64,000 nucleotides of DNA from Octopus sinensis (Eukaryota), in NCBI RefSeq assembly GCF_006345805.1, contig NC_043007.1, positions 30,504,001 through 30,568,000 on the forward strand, written 5' to 3'. Shown one piece after another: positions 12,171 through 24,270 of the stretch. Each line of letters begins with the position of its first letter. Within the stretch, counting starts at the first letter, position 1. Under the pieces are notes generated by a model. That model was given only the letters and a program-made list of their open reading frames with translations. It made no database searches and had not been told where the DNA came from. Position numbers and translations under genes: made by a program.

Positions 12171-12741
12171 TGTACCAGGGAGGCACACACACGCACACGT
12201 GCCTAGACACACACACTCACAAACGCAAACACACGCATGTGTGTGTGTGTGTCTGTGGTGAGATGTGGACTTCAGTCGTTGTTACTCCGAGTTACCAGTT
12301 TCGGACCTGATATGTTTAACGCGGATTAGCGACCCGTGAAACTTTCGACTACGATTAATTGGGGGCTTTGAGTTCTGTCCTTTCACTTTATTAGTCGCGT
12401 AACTCCTTATACTGTCGTCAGACGGTAGAATAATTGGCCACCTATGTGAGTTGTTACCTGGATTTGAACTTCGAACACCAATGTGCAAAATTTATTCTGA
12501 AACCTATGTCGTGCAACGCTTTAAAGAATCTGCTAAATTTCTGTTCAAGCACTGACACCCGGATGGACCACAGAATATTTAGCAACAGAATATTTAGCAG
12601 GCAATTCTTTCGAAAATGAATGAAGCTATGCTCCAGCATGACCGGAACTGATAAACTTTCAACCTCACCAAAGTAACAAGTACATAGGCTGCATTTGTTG
12701 AGATAGATTTATATTCAAAGACATTCCAGTATTGATCTTAC

Positions 12742-12804
12742 CGTTATAGGTGCCCTTTGCAATATTGTTGGGGTTTGAGTTGATGAGAAAACAGTAAAAT
12801 TTGT
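12742..12804 (-). other. Candidate 63-nt internal exon (unidentified host gene)
   Basis: Acceptor tacttacag| and donor ACG|gtaaga in non-repetitive sequence; open in two frames (TNFTVFSSTQTPTILQRAPIT or KFYCFLINSNPNNIAKGTYN). No homology recognised. Confidence 0.2.
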
Positions 12805-13124
12805 CTGTAAGTATCGAGAGGTCGGTCGACGAAGGAGAAGCTTCCTGGTCCAGCAGAAGTAAAAGTGATGACATCGAAGGAATTTCACGTACGAAGGTAA
12901 ACAACTCATAACTGAACGTAGAATTACCATGCAAGGGAAGCAACTCTCAATTACTGCTCGTGAAGTAATCCTGTGTTATCCCCCTTGCACGCCTTTCCAC
13001 AAAATGAAATCTTTAGCCCGGAGACATTTTAAAGTCTTTTTCAGATTAACAATAATTTACATTTATTAATAATTTCAGTTTTAACACAATTTCTGAATTA
13101 CGATATGTTTCAGAATAAGGCGGT

Positions 13125-13282
13125 AAGCTGGCAGAATCGTTAGCACCGCGGGCGAGTTGCTTAGCAACGTTTCGTCATTCTTTACGTTCTGAGTTCAAAT
13201 TCAGCCGAGGTCAATTTTGCTTTCCATCGTTTCGAGGTTGATAAAATAAGTACCAGTTGCGTACTGGGGTTCATCTAATCAT
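13125..13282 (+). mobile_element. Meta-domain-like SINE, 5' part
   Basis: ggcggtaagctggcagaatcgttagca head, gagttcaaattc B box, gataaaataagtaccagtt core. Confidence 0.85.
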
Positions 13283-13299
13283 GCCTATACAGAATTATA

Positions 13300-13560
13300 C
13301 ACAAAGCCACATTTGCAAGTATATGAATGCTATGTTGAGTTTATAGTTTTGCAAGATTTTGATAATTTATTTGCTTTTTTGTTAAGTTACAATAAAATCT
13401 TCCTGGCACTCAAAGTAGAGGCCATCGAGTTGCACCGTCTGAAGACACCTTTCTCTCCGTTCTTTTTATCCTATGCTCATTCCTGTTCTTCGTCTTCTTC
13501 GAGGCGAAGAACTTCTCCGACGAAGCTTTCTCCTCCTCTTGGTTGATGAAGTAATGCGAA
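13300..13560 (-). mobile_element. Mariner 3'-end remnant (diverged)
   Basis: aagttcttcgcctcgaagaa ('KFFASK') and the downstream UTR are homologous to 13995-14150 in the opposite orientation. Confidence 0.6.
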
Positions 13561-13589
13561 CGCAGGAAGGGAACCATGGTTCGTTGGGG

Positions 13590-14165
13590 ATATTTTTTCG
13601 CAAGCCTAGCTTAAATAAGGAACGGTTAACCTATCACCAAACATGCATCTGGTGGAATTATGAGGGGTATTATTCACCACGGCTTCGTTCCCGACGGTCG
13701 AACCATCAATACCAACGGGTATGCCGAACAGCTGGAGCCCATGTGTGCCATTATGCGGCAAAAATAGCCGACACTGGACAACAGAAAGTGAGCTTTGCTA
13801 AAGTAAGTAAACGCAAGGCTTCATGCCGCACTAACGAACTGCAATAAACTTAAGGAATCTCAGAGAATCGAACTGATGCCACACTCAAGATATAGAGCGA
13901 ACCCAGCTCGCTCGATTATTACTGGGTTTGATCCACGGCTTATTTCCTGCGCTCACGAAGCGTTGCCACACAAGAGAAAGTGTAAGATTGAATAACGAAG
14001 TTCTTCGCCTCGAAGAACAAGAGTTGGTATTTGTGTGGGATAAAAGAACTGGCCGAAAGGTGGACTGGGACGGAGCAAATTGATGGCCTCCATTTTAAAT
14101 GCTGGACTGTTTTTACTGCAAAGGAAATAAGTTGCCAAGATGTTGCAATGCATTTGACAGAACAC
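13590..14165 (+). mobile_element. Mariner transposase C-terminal remnant
   Basis: CIWWNYEG-IIHHGFVPDGRTIN...YAEQL; decayed PH..YSPDLAPSDY region; KFFASKNKSWYLCGIKELAERW...DGLHF. Confidence 0.8.
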
Positions 14166-14167
14166 CA

Positions 14168-14318
14168 CGCCGAGGTCGACTTTGCCTTACATCCTTTCAG
14201 GGTCGATTAAATTACGTACAAGTTACGTACTGGGGTCGATGCAATCGAATTAATCCATTTGTCTGTCCTTGTTTGTCCCCTCTATTTTTCGCCCCCTGTG
14301 GGCAATAAAGAAATAAGC
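14168..14318 (+). mobile_element. Meta-domain-like SINE 3' half (tail A)
   Basis: cgccgaggtcgactttgcctt...ggggtcgatgcaatcgaattaatccatttgtctgtccttgtttgtcccc. Confidence 0.85.
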
Positions 14319-14349
14319 ATATATACATATATATATATGTGTGTGTGTG

Positions 14350-14637
14350 AGCGCACATGGCCTATTGGTTAGAGCAGCGGACTCGCGGGCGAGGGATCGC
14401 GGGTTCGAATCTCAGACTGGACGATGTGTGTGTTTATGAGCGAAACACCTAAGCTCCACGCGGCTCCGGCAGAAGGTAATGGCGAAATTCTGCTGACTCT
14501 TTTGCCACAACCTTCTCTCACTCTTTCCTCCTGCATCTGCAACGGACCGGTGTCCCGTCCAGGTGAGGAACCTATACGCCAAGGAAACCGGGAAACCGGC
14601 CCTGATGAGACAAGCATGGCTCGAGAAGGAACAAACA
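14350..14637 (+). mobile_element. tRNA-derived SINE, family 3 (single copy here)
   Basis: A box tggcctattggttagagc, B box ggttcgaatct, non-tRNA body and tail ending catggctcgagaaggaacaaac, flanked by microsatellite. Confidence 0.75.
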
Positions 14638-14651
14638 TGTATATATGTGTG

Positions 14652-14695
<44 letters not shown>

Positions 14696-14724
14696 AACAT
14701 ATATATATGAACATATATATATGC

Positions 14725-14756
<32 letters not shown>

Positions 14757-14763
<7 letters not shown>

Positions 14764-14941
14764 TATATGGATACAGGACGTCACAAAACAACATGAAAAT
14801 ATGAGACAAATGGGTGTGCGAACATCGAGAGAAACAAATGGTAAAGAACACAAGTAACATAAAGAACTACCCTTCATCAGTGTTTCATATTGTTTTCGTA
14901 TTTCATGTTGTTTACGTTTTGTGACGGCCTTTACCCATACA

Positions 14942-14945
<4 letters not shown>
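14757..14945. mobile_element. Short inverted pair of a probable PLE-derived repeat end
   Basis: 14757-14810 and 14885-14945 are imperfect inverted repeats; the left copy is homologous to 54700-54815. Confidence 0.6.
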
Positions 14946-14980
<35 letters not shown>

Positions 14981-15233
14981 ATGTGTATATGGAAATGAAT
15001 ATATGTATGTATATCTATCATTATATGAATGCCTGGATATATATACATACATACATACACATATATATATATGCATATATAGGCTAGTATGAACACATAT
15101 GTAAGTATACATGCATATATCTATCTATCTAGTAATCTGTCTGTATGTCTGGCTATCTATCTATGTATATATGTGTGTGTGTGTCCGTGTGTGTTTATGT
15201 ATGTTTGTATGTATGTATACACTCACATGCCAC

Positions 15234-15269
<36 letters not shown>

Positions 15270-15339
15270 CCATATATATATATATATGAAGAACCAGCAA
15301 GGTGAAGTTGATGACCTCTGTTCAAAGGTGTGGAAGAGG

Positions 15340-15420
15340 AGCAGAAGAAGAAGGAGAAGGAGGAGAAGAAGAAGAAGAAGAGAAGAAGAAGAAGAAGAAG
15401 AAGAAGAAGAAGAGGAAACA
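15340..15420. repeat. (GAA)n microsatellite
   Basis: Direct inspection. Confidence 0.95.
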
Positions 15421-16299
15421 AAGAAAGAATGTATGTATGTATGTATGTAGTCACTAATATGCCAGATTCAGTGCCGATACTAAGTGGTATGTTTTACTGG
15501 TTATCCAGTATTATCCAGTGCAGCCTCTGCATTGTAAAGTCGTCAGCATCCCAAACGTTTATCCTTGCCATGGTAAAGAGAAGTTGGACAATAAAGAAAC
15601 CAGGCAGACTTTAGAATGCGATGAAAATATTTAACGAAGTCAAAAACCTCACCCAAATAAACTACTGCACCCAAAGAGAAGTTTTGTAGAGAATCCAAGG
15701 CTGATAAGAGCTGTTCATCTCAAGAGAATTTGATCTTACGGTTACTTGAAAGACCAGCTGTATTATTTTGGAGACGAAAAACTCGGAATTAGATGATGAC
15801 GATGATGTGATAATTGAAGTGGTAGATATAGAACAACGTGTGTTCTAACGTATAAAGATTATGCGATTATTTTAAAAAACACTTAGTGGGGAAGAGCAAC
15901 AATGACAGCGAGAACAGAAACAGACGTTACGCTTCCACAATTACGGCGATGGTTGAGTAACGGCCTCGAAATCTAACATCCACATCCGCCTCATCGTCTT
16001 GTGGCGAAGGTGAAATGAATGTGACCAGAAAAGAATTTTTAAATTGTCAAAGAGGGATCGTAAAAAGTGAAAAGAGGAAGAAAATGTCGGTAGGAAGGAC
16101 GAACCCCCAGGAGGAGACAATAAGAACAAGTAATGGGGTCAATAATATCGATTAACACCAACCCTTCAAAATTTCTCGCCTAGTTTCTCCATCAGATATT
16201 GTTGTTGTTGCTCATATCGAACACCTGCTGTCACGTGTAGGACAGATCCGGATATCAACTGAATCCATGGCGAAGATTGTCCCGTCGCCTTCCTTTGGT

Positions 16300-16750
16300 C
16301 GGGAGGGACAGGCAATTTTTATTTATCTGTTGGCTGTAGAGAAAGAAATAGAATAGTGGACACTTTCCTCTTTGGCCAAGCCCTCATCAACTTCCTCAAG
16401 TTTCACTTGAAGGGGGAAGTGAAAGTGGAGCAAGTTTGTTGAAAGATGGGTGAATGTTGGAAGAATGGCCAGTGTGAAAGGACCAATTCTGAGAATACAC
16501 CTGTGAAGAAATAAAAGGGAAATGGCTCTTGCCCTGTTGGTCAGGCACCCGTGACTTTTGGGGGGTTTTACACGAGTAACCTTTAAAGCGTCTCCCCCTA
16601 TTGGAAGTTTTACTTGTTCAATTTTTATTATTATTTCCTGCGTACACGAACGTCAAAACCCACTGAATCGTATTGTGTTATCTTTTATGTTATTGTATGT
16701 CCTTTTATGTTTGTATATATTGACCCTAGTGGCCAATAACAGAATGAATT
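16300..16750 (+). mobile_element. Possible Tx1/L1-type LINE 3' fragment
   Basis: 'GQALINFLKFHLKG...SKFVERWVNVGRMASVKGPILRIHL*' then a ~230-bp UTR ending ccaataacagaatgaattattatt; the family call is from recall only. Confidence 0.4.
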
Positions 16751-16939
16751 ATTATTGTTGTTGTTCTTGATGTTAAATATCGTTCTTATTCATGTTCTTG
16801 TTATAGTTGTCTGGACGATTGATTCGGAGAATTGTTTGTGTGTCACAATAAATGAGAAATAGAAATGCGAGTGTCTTAACCAGATATCAACCTTGTCATC
16901 TCCTTGCGAATGGTGATCCACAACAGCAAATGGTCGGAT

Positions 16940-17760
16940 GGCTGTCTAGGTACTGATAATCCTGAAAGCCACAGAAGTCGGAATGGTGGTGCAGGACAAT
17001 ATTTCCAGTTACTAAATGTGTGACAGTGAAGGCCGCTTGAGGGATTGCTGTGTCAAGAAGAATAAAGACAGAAAACATAATACAAACTGGTAAACAAAAA
17101 CAACTTCAGCAACAACAGAATTCAGAGGTGAAGGTCATACCTACTTTCACTACTGTTTCTAGAAGTCCACGATATATAACTCAGAAATGATCTGGGAGGA
17201 AGCAAAGGAAATCATTTCGACACAAATTTCACTCTTAACAGAAGTCAGTCATGAAGTAGGATCTTAAGAGGTTGAGATGTCCCCTCTTTCTGCTCAGTAT
17301 TGATCAGAGGCCGCGAACATCCTTGATCTTACTAGTATAAGAAGACGAGTCTTGAAAAAGAAGACGAGTCTGGAAAAAGAAGACGAGTCTGGAAAAAGTG
17401 AGTGGAGCACTCTTGAGGACAGTAAGAAAAAAATTTTTTAAAGTTGGGCAAAAGAGAGTCAACAAAAGCTAAATGAGACGCCGGATGATCCTCTCCATGC
17501 GACTCTCTGGAATGTTTACGCCTCGTGGCTCTGAATTAGCGAAAACCTGATAAAAATATTGACGGACTTGACTATGAAGGGACATAACTGAGCAGTGCAT
17601 GGCTTTACAAGCTGCCAGCGATAGAAGCAACCTGACGACATAATTATCTGCTTGTCGCTTTCCCGGCGATATATCATGTCTTAATTATACAACTCTAAGT
17701 GTGATTTAAACGACACAGCAGTGCCGGAATATATGAATCATTAAGCACAGACTCCTCGTT
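16940..17760 (+). mobile_element. Highly decayed RLE-type LINE remnant
   Basis: Fragmentary RT-like (SPLFLLSID) and CCHC-like (CRF...SC...RH) residue patterns; no continuous frame. Confidence 0.3.
17341..17397. repeat. 3 x 19-bp tandem repeat GAAGACGAGTCT(T/G)GAAAAA
   Basis: Direct inspection; one mismatch among the three units. Confidence 0.9.
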
Positions 17761-17974
17761 TAACAGTTCTCCGTTCACGTTTTTCTTTTCCCTCTTTTTT
17801 CGTTTGTTTTGGCCGTAAATATATTAATTTGAGTGACGTTGAATGTTTTTTAACATTTTAATGAAGTCGTAGCAAGAAATATGGACTGGCGGTTGTTTAT
17901 TATAGAAGGACAGAGGAAGAAAATAGGTTTGAGGGAAGGAATAATGACGGTGCGTGTGTAGAGAGAGAGAGGGG

Positions 17975-18029
17975 GGGAAGAGAGAGAAAGAAAGAAAGAA
18001 AGAAAGAAAGAAAGGAAGGAAGGAAGAAA

Positions 18030-18061
<32 letters not shown>

Positions 18062-18269
18062 AAAGGAAGAAAGAAAGAAAGGAAGGAAGAAAGAAGAAAG
18101 AAAGAAAGAAAGAAAGAAGAAAGAAAGAAAGAAAGAAAGAAAGAAGAAGAAAGAAAGAAAGAAAGAAGAGAAAGAAAGAAAGAAGAAAAGAAGCAGCAAG
18201 GAAGGAAGGAAGGAAGGAAGGAAGGAAGGAAGGAAGAAAGAAGAAAGAAAGAAAGAAGAAAGAAAGAAA

Positions 18270-18302
<33 letters not shown>

Positions 18303-18326
18303 AGAAAGAAAGAAAGAAAGAAAGAA

Positions 18327-18391
<65 letters not shown>

Positions 18392-18392
18392 A
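17975..18392. repeat. (GAAA)n/(GGAA)n purine tract
   Basis: Direct inspection; ~420 bp almost purely purine on the plus strand. Confidence 0.97.
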
Positions 18393-18394
18393 CT

Positions 18395-18570
18395 ATCCTT
18401 GAGAGATAGAAAGATGTTGATGTGGTTATATAGACCCAGCTCAGAAATATGATAAATGACATTCCAGGCATAACCATCCCATCAGAAAGATGCTTACCCC
18501 AGGACAAACGTGTTTTCTGACATATTCTCATCAGAACCATATTATCTAACGTCCTTCTTAAGCTGCCAAG
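18395..18570 (+). mobile_element. RLE-LINE C-terminal remnant
   Basis: 'NDIPGIT...QKDAYP.GQ.RVF*HILI' resembles the IPG....QK..L.GT..ILR terminus of R4-type ORFs. Confidence 0.4.
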
Positions 18571-18759
18571 GAGATTTGGCGGCTATTTCTTGTAGATGTG
18601 GTGACCATATAGATGTTTCCTCGCTGTTGTCCTTGTTGTCCTATGTCATTCCTGATGGAGCACAGATATGATCAATGTCTTTCCAGCCATGACCATCCTA
18701 TTTGTGTGAGAATATCAAGAAATTATCTAAGGCATCAGTCTCTCCTTTTTCGATGGTGT

Positions 18760-18990
18760 GATATGAGAGAAGGCGGCGAATTGGCCGACTCGGTAGAGCA
18801 TCTGTTGGAATGTCTTGTGGAATTTGTTGTTGCTTTCCACAATATGAGTTCAAATCCCGTTGGGACCAACTTTGAATTTCATCCTTCCAGGATCGAATGA
18901 CACAGTACCAGTAATGTACTGGGAACATATTGTCTCTGTTCCTTCCTTCTTTCCCCCACTCTGTTTGAATCAGCCCTTTGAGAGAGCTGT
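18760..18990 (+). mobile_element. Old, diverged Meta-domain-like SINE
   Basis: ggcggcgaattggccgactcggtagagc head, gagttcaaatcc B box, tttcatccttcc...agtaccagt core. Confidence 0.65.
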
Positions 18991-19382
18991 AGGGACCATT
19001 CACAGTCCCTTTTTCCACGAGGCGACCGATGTCCAATGGAAAAACTATGGAAAAACTAACGAGATACCAATAAGTGAAAATGAAAAATAGTCGGAGGGAG
19101 GGGCGGGGATTAGGTTGCTATTTCTAGCAGATGAGGGGATCTCATAAAGTTTCATTCTTTAACTCGGCTGAATGAAAGGAAGGAAAATTAATCTTTTGGT
19201 ACTTGCCTCAGGACTCGCCGATGGCTAAGGGTTTCCAACAGACCAATTGCTGTTTCACTGCATATTTGATGGCGAAAGCCGAAAAGGGAGATGCCTTAAT
19301 ACAAAGCAGAAACAATATTGTAAACGACATCTGAAAATAAGAGTTCTTTGTTGCTTTCAAGTTAATATTTACATTCTCTGCC

Positions 19383-19551
19383 AGCAGGAGTGGCTGTGTG
19401 GTAAGTAGCTTGTTTACCAACCACATGGTTCCGGGTTCAGTCCCACTGCATGGCACCTTGGGCAAGTGTCTTCTACTATAGCCTCGGGCCGACCAAAGCC
19501 TTATGAATGGATTTGTTAGACGGAAACTGTAAGAAGCCCGTCGTATATATG

Positions 19552-19586
<35 letters not shown>

Positions 19587-19800
19587 GTGTGTGCGTGTAT
19601 GTTTGTGTTTGTCCCCCTAGCATTGCTTGACAACCGATGCTGGTGTGGTTATGTCCCCGTCACATAGCGGTTCGGCAAAAGATACCGATAGAATAAGTAC
19701 TGGGCTTACAAAGAATGAGTCCTGGGCTCGAGTTGCTCGATTAAAGGCGGTGCTCCAGCATGGCCGCAATCAAATGACTGAAACAAGTAAAAGAGTAGTA
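19383..19800 (+). mobile_element. Full-length tRNA-derived SINE family 1 (CORE-like)
   Basis: tggctgtgtggtaag A box, ccgggttcagtccc B box, ggcaccttgggcaagtgtctt core, internal (TA)/(TG) tract, LINE-like 3' tail ggcggtgctccagcatggccgca...gactgaaacaagtaaaagagt. Confidence 0.92.
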
Positions 19801-20592
19801 TACAACCCTGAGTGATATGCACTTCATCTTGCCCAAACACACACACACACACACACATTCTCTCTCTCTCTCTCTTACATACACACACGCACAGAAGCAC
19901 ACACATACTCACACACACACAAAAATATATATGGCAAAAGATATAAGTATATATCAACACACACATATACGCATATACATATATGCAGCGACACACACAC
20001 ACACACACATATATATTTGGGCTTCTGCACAGTTTCCGCTAACAAAATTCCAATGACAAAGAACAGGTTAACCAATCCAAGACTGCAGTGAGACCAACGC
20101 AAGACCTATGTCCTTCTGTCATTGCAGAATGACATTCTTAACCACAGGAACATACAAAGTACCATACTTGGAATTTATACAAGGAATTTGGTAAAACACA
20201 GGAAACCCCATCTAATAATAGACGGGTTTTCCTATGCTGTTGATGAATCAAAAATAGTGGGGCGGGGGATCGAGTTACCGAGTTATTCCCACTATTCAAT
20301 GTGTGTTCCTAGATTGAGTTTTTACCTGTCCACATTGTGTGTGAGTGCGACTGTATGTATGTGTGTGTATCATAAGGTAAAATGTCGATATTTGGAATGC
20401 ATTTAATGCGTACGTTTCGAATGGTTACCTAAGAAAACTGTTACGTAGCACTATCCAAATCAGTCGGTATTTCAAAATAACGCAACAAATATATTGGAGA
20501 GGAATGTTAAAGACTAACGCTGGTAAAGTATATTGCATCAAGGCATAACACTACATCGATGTATGTGCGTATGTGTGCGTATGCATATATGC

Positions 20593-21186
20593 ACATCTAT
20601 ATATATAAAACTCTAGTTGTGTGAGTGTCTGTCCCCTTCGATTTAGATTCCTAACTCCTCCCACATTTTGCGGTGCAGTTTAACCAAATTCGGGTATCTT
20701 ATAGTCGTGATTCATATCGAGCCCGTCTGGCTATTAGCGCGCGTCTACGATGAGTCTACGATTTTAAAAATAATTTAACATCATTTTTTATTCCATTTCA
20801 ATGCATAATTTTTCGTGTGTCGATGGCGGCGGAGTTGGCGTCCATGGTCACACCTGCACCTGTTTGCTTCTCCCCTTCTTCCCTCCCTCTTGAAGCTGTG
20901 GGGAAGGGAGTGTAAGGAAATCAACGTCGTAAAGCGTTGTCAAGGAGACCAGCGTTCTTTTAGAACAACGGCTTCATGGCTTGAAGACACCAAAACAGAA
21001 ATGGCTAAGAAAGCCCGAATTGGCATCTATAAGGGAAGTAACTCTCTAAAAATGCTTATATAGTTATTTCCCTTACAAACCCGAGCAACGCCGGGCGATA
21101 CTGCACCGCAAAATGTGGGAGTAGTTAGGAATCTAAATCGAAGGGGACAGACACTCACACAACTACAGTTTTATATATATAGATGT
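20593..21186 (+). mobile_element. Helitron-like non-autonomous element with 87-bp inverted termini
   Basis: 5' A|TCTATATATATAAAAC start; subterminal cccgagcaacgccggg hairpin followed by gatactgc (same as the CTAG end of 35656-36043), then an inverted copy of the 5' end. Confidence 0.75.
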
Positions 21187-21539
21187 CCTATGATGGTGAA
21201 GATCTTTATTCTCGCATTCATTTATAGACTGCATTTTGGCAATCCGGTCTGTAACGGCCGTAAGATAATGTTACGTCACCTATTTTGTTGTCATGCTTTG
21301 TATTAAAAAATAAGTTATAAATGTGGTCCAACCGATGTGTGGGTTAATCTCTGGTTTTCTCCATTTTCTACTTATTTGCATTGGTTCCTGATTAACTCTT
21401 GTTTATCCTATTGTTATCTGCTCTTTACATGTATGGTGTGCCTGCACACCATTGCCCGGGGATAACACGGGTAATGGTTACTGATAGCATGTATGGATTT
21501 TTAATCCCTTAGTCGGTTACTGTAACCGCTAACTCTGTT

Positions 21540-21622
<83 letters not shown>

Positions 21623-22077
21623 AAATATATATATGAGTCGCCATGATAGATCGTTAGCCACTACACACATTTTTTTCTCTCCTTCTTTCTCTCGTTTTTT
21701 CTCTCCTTTTTTTTCTCTCCTTGTTTCTCTCCTTGTTTTTTCTGTGTCCCTTTCTGTAGAAGAGCGTAATATATTTATGTGTATGTATGTATATGCGTGT
21801 GCGTGTGTATTTCTTCGTATTCCGCTGTCCTCGTGCAAGTAGTTCTCCTCGCTATACTAGATGTTCTTACATTAAGCAGCAAAGGATCTACGTCCCTCCT
21901 CATAAATTATCCAAAGCTATTTGTCTTCTGAGCGTATCCAACTTCCGCTGCTGATATCAGCCCTCAACCCACCTTTCTGCCAGTCGATATCGCTCTTCGA
22001 GTGGAATACTTGGGAACAGTTCTCTTGATTTTCCGCCTAGACTATAATTATAATTATCATCACCAGAAATAATAATG

Positions 22078-22292
22078 ATTTCGAATGGTCGCACAAGGCC
22101 AGCAATTTCGTGGGAGAGAGTAAGGTTGATTACAACGACCCCACAGCGCAACTGGTACTTGTTTTATCGACCCTGTAAGCGGGATGAAAGGCAAAGTCGA
22201 CCTCGGCAGCATTTGAACTGAGAACGTAAAGCCGGACAAAATGCCGCTAACCATTTTGTCCGGCGTGCTAACGATCCAACCAGCTTGCCAAA
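22078..22292 (-). mobile_element. Meta-domain-like SINE, full length (tail B)
   Basis: Head, core (aaggcaaagtcgacctcggc) and tail B all present. Confidence 0.85.
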
Positions 22293-22774
22293 CATATAAC
22301 TAACAGTTAGTTTATAAAATAAGGCGAACCAACAAATCGTATTTTTACCATTTTCTTTGTTATGACAGAATATAAACATGAAGCGAGCCAATAATCTCCA
22401 TAATTGTCCATAGTGTGCAGTTGCTGCATAAAATATATTGGTGTATGCACATATATTATGTAAATAATGCACACAGTGTATACTAAATATTTTATTCCTC
22501 AACGTCCACATGATTCGCAAAAATTATTGCTTAAAAGCGTTTGGACACATTTAGAATATGTGTCTTTGGTCGTGTCTTTCCCAACAAAACTCATGCAAAT
22601 TTTAGTAGCAGCAAGACGAACGCTGCAGCCATTTTTATACTCTCGTATTGGTATGGCTTCAAGGATTCAACCGAGTTTCTATTCTTTATCACTGAGAAGT
22701 ATTTCGACATCAAAATATGACTTTTCATTTATTTTTTTTAAAAATTAGATAAAACATTCAAGAATCTTTTCTTT

Positions 22775-22950
22775 TCACTTGTATCATTTATTAAAATGCG
22801 GTCGTGCTGGGGCATCCCAGGATTTATTATTTTTTAGGACTTATTCTATTGATCTCTGTTGTCGAACTGCTAGGTTATTGGGACGTAAACACACCAACAC
22901 CGGTTGTCAAACGATAGTGTGGGAAGCACAAAGTCACACACACACACACA
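22775..22950 (-). mobile_element. SINE family 1, 3' half
   Basis: cgaactgctaggttattgggacgtaaacacaccaacaccggttgtcaa; degenerate tail. Confidence 0.7.
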
Positions 22951-22959
22951 TATACACAC

Positions 22960-23057
22960 TTATACATCTACATATATATATAAGTATATATATATATATA
23001 TATATATATAAGTATATATATATATATAATATATATATATATATGTATGTATGTATA

Positions 23058-23153
<96 letters not shown>

Positions 23154-23209
23154 TACTTATATATACATATATATATATATACTTATATATACATATATAT
23201 ATATATACT

Positions 23210-23250
<41 letters not shown>

Positions 23251-23282
23251 GTATGTATATATATATATTTATATATATATAC
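22960..23282. repeat. (TA)n-rich microsatellite
   Basis: Direct inspection. Confidence 0.95.
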
Positions 23283-23699
23283 GACTCCATATGCTAGAAA
23301 TATCAACCAAATAACTCTCAATTCACACACTTCTGTATTAAAAATGGAAGGATTTCAGACAAAGAAATCCTGGATGTAAAAAAAAAATATTTCCAGAATT
23401 GTTCATAGCTGGAACGCATTTGATCATTGTTTGTTCAAATAAGGCTAACTAACCTTGGGCTAAACAAGAACAGGCAAAACAACAACAGCAACAAAAACAA
23501 CTTCATGGCAATTGGCCAAATAATTAACAAACAATAATTCGTTTTATTTTCTTTTTTTTTTCATATTTGTATCTTAGTTTTTTCTCTAACCATATTCACG
23601 TTTATTTTCCATTTAATTCCCGTCTGTTGGCTGCCATAGTTATTTTGTTTATTAGTAGCATCTGCAACACACAAAATCGCACCATTTCCCTCAGTGTTA

Positions 23700-24270
<571 letters not shown>

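Noticed and set aside
11111-12310. Long ORFs of MYVC/HTYI repeats (up to 267 aa), and similar YI/CV/HT/poly-I/poly-L/poly-S ORFs throughout the window
   Set aside because: They are translations of stop-free microsatellites; no codon or domain signal.
12665-12943. 92-aa ORF as a standalone gene
   Set aside because: Starts at a non-ATG codon and no family is recognised; kept only as a weak exon candidate.
14350-14425. tRNA genes (also 38280-38352, 43800-43868, 51978-52045)
   Set aside because: A and B boxes are present but the acceptor stems do not close and each continues into a SINE body.
15480-15800. RTE-type LINE C-terminal remnant
   Set aside because: Only a vague 'SWTIKK' / 'DQL' resemblance; too weak to call.
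17341-17397. CRISPR-like array
   Set aside because: Direct tandem units with no spacers, in a eukaryotic context with no cas genes.
17824-18540. 238-aa F/L/S-rich 'membrane protein' and the opposite-strand K/E/R-rich ORF
   Set aside because: Both are the (GAAA)n tract.
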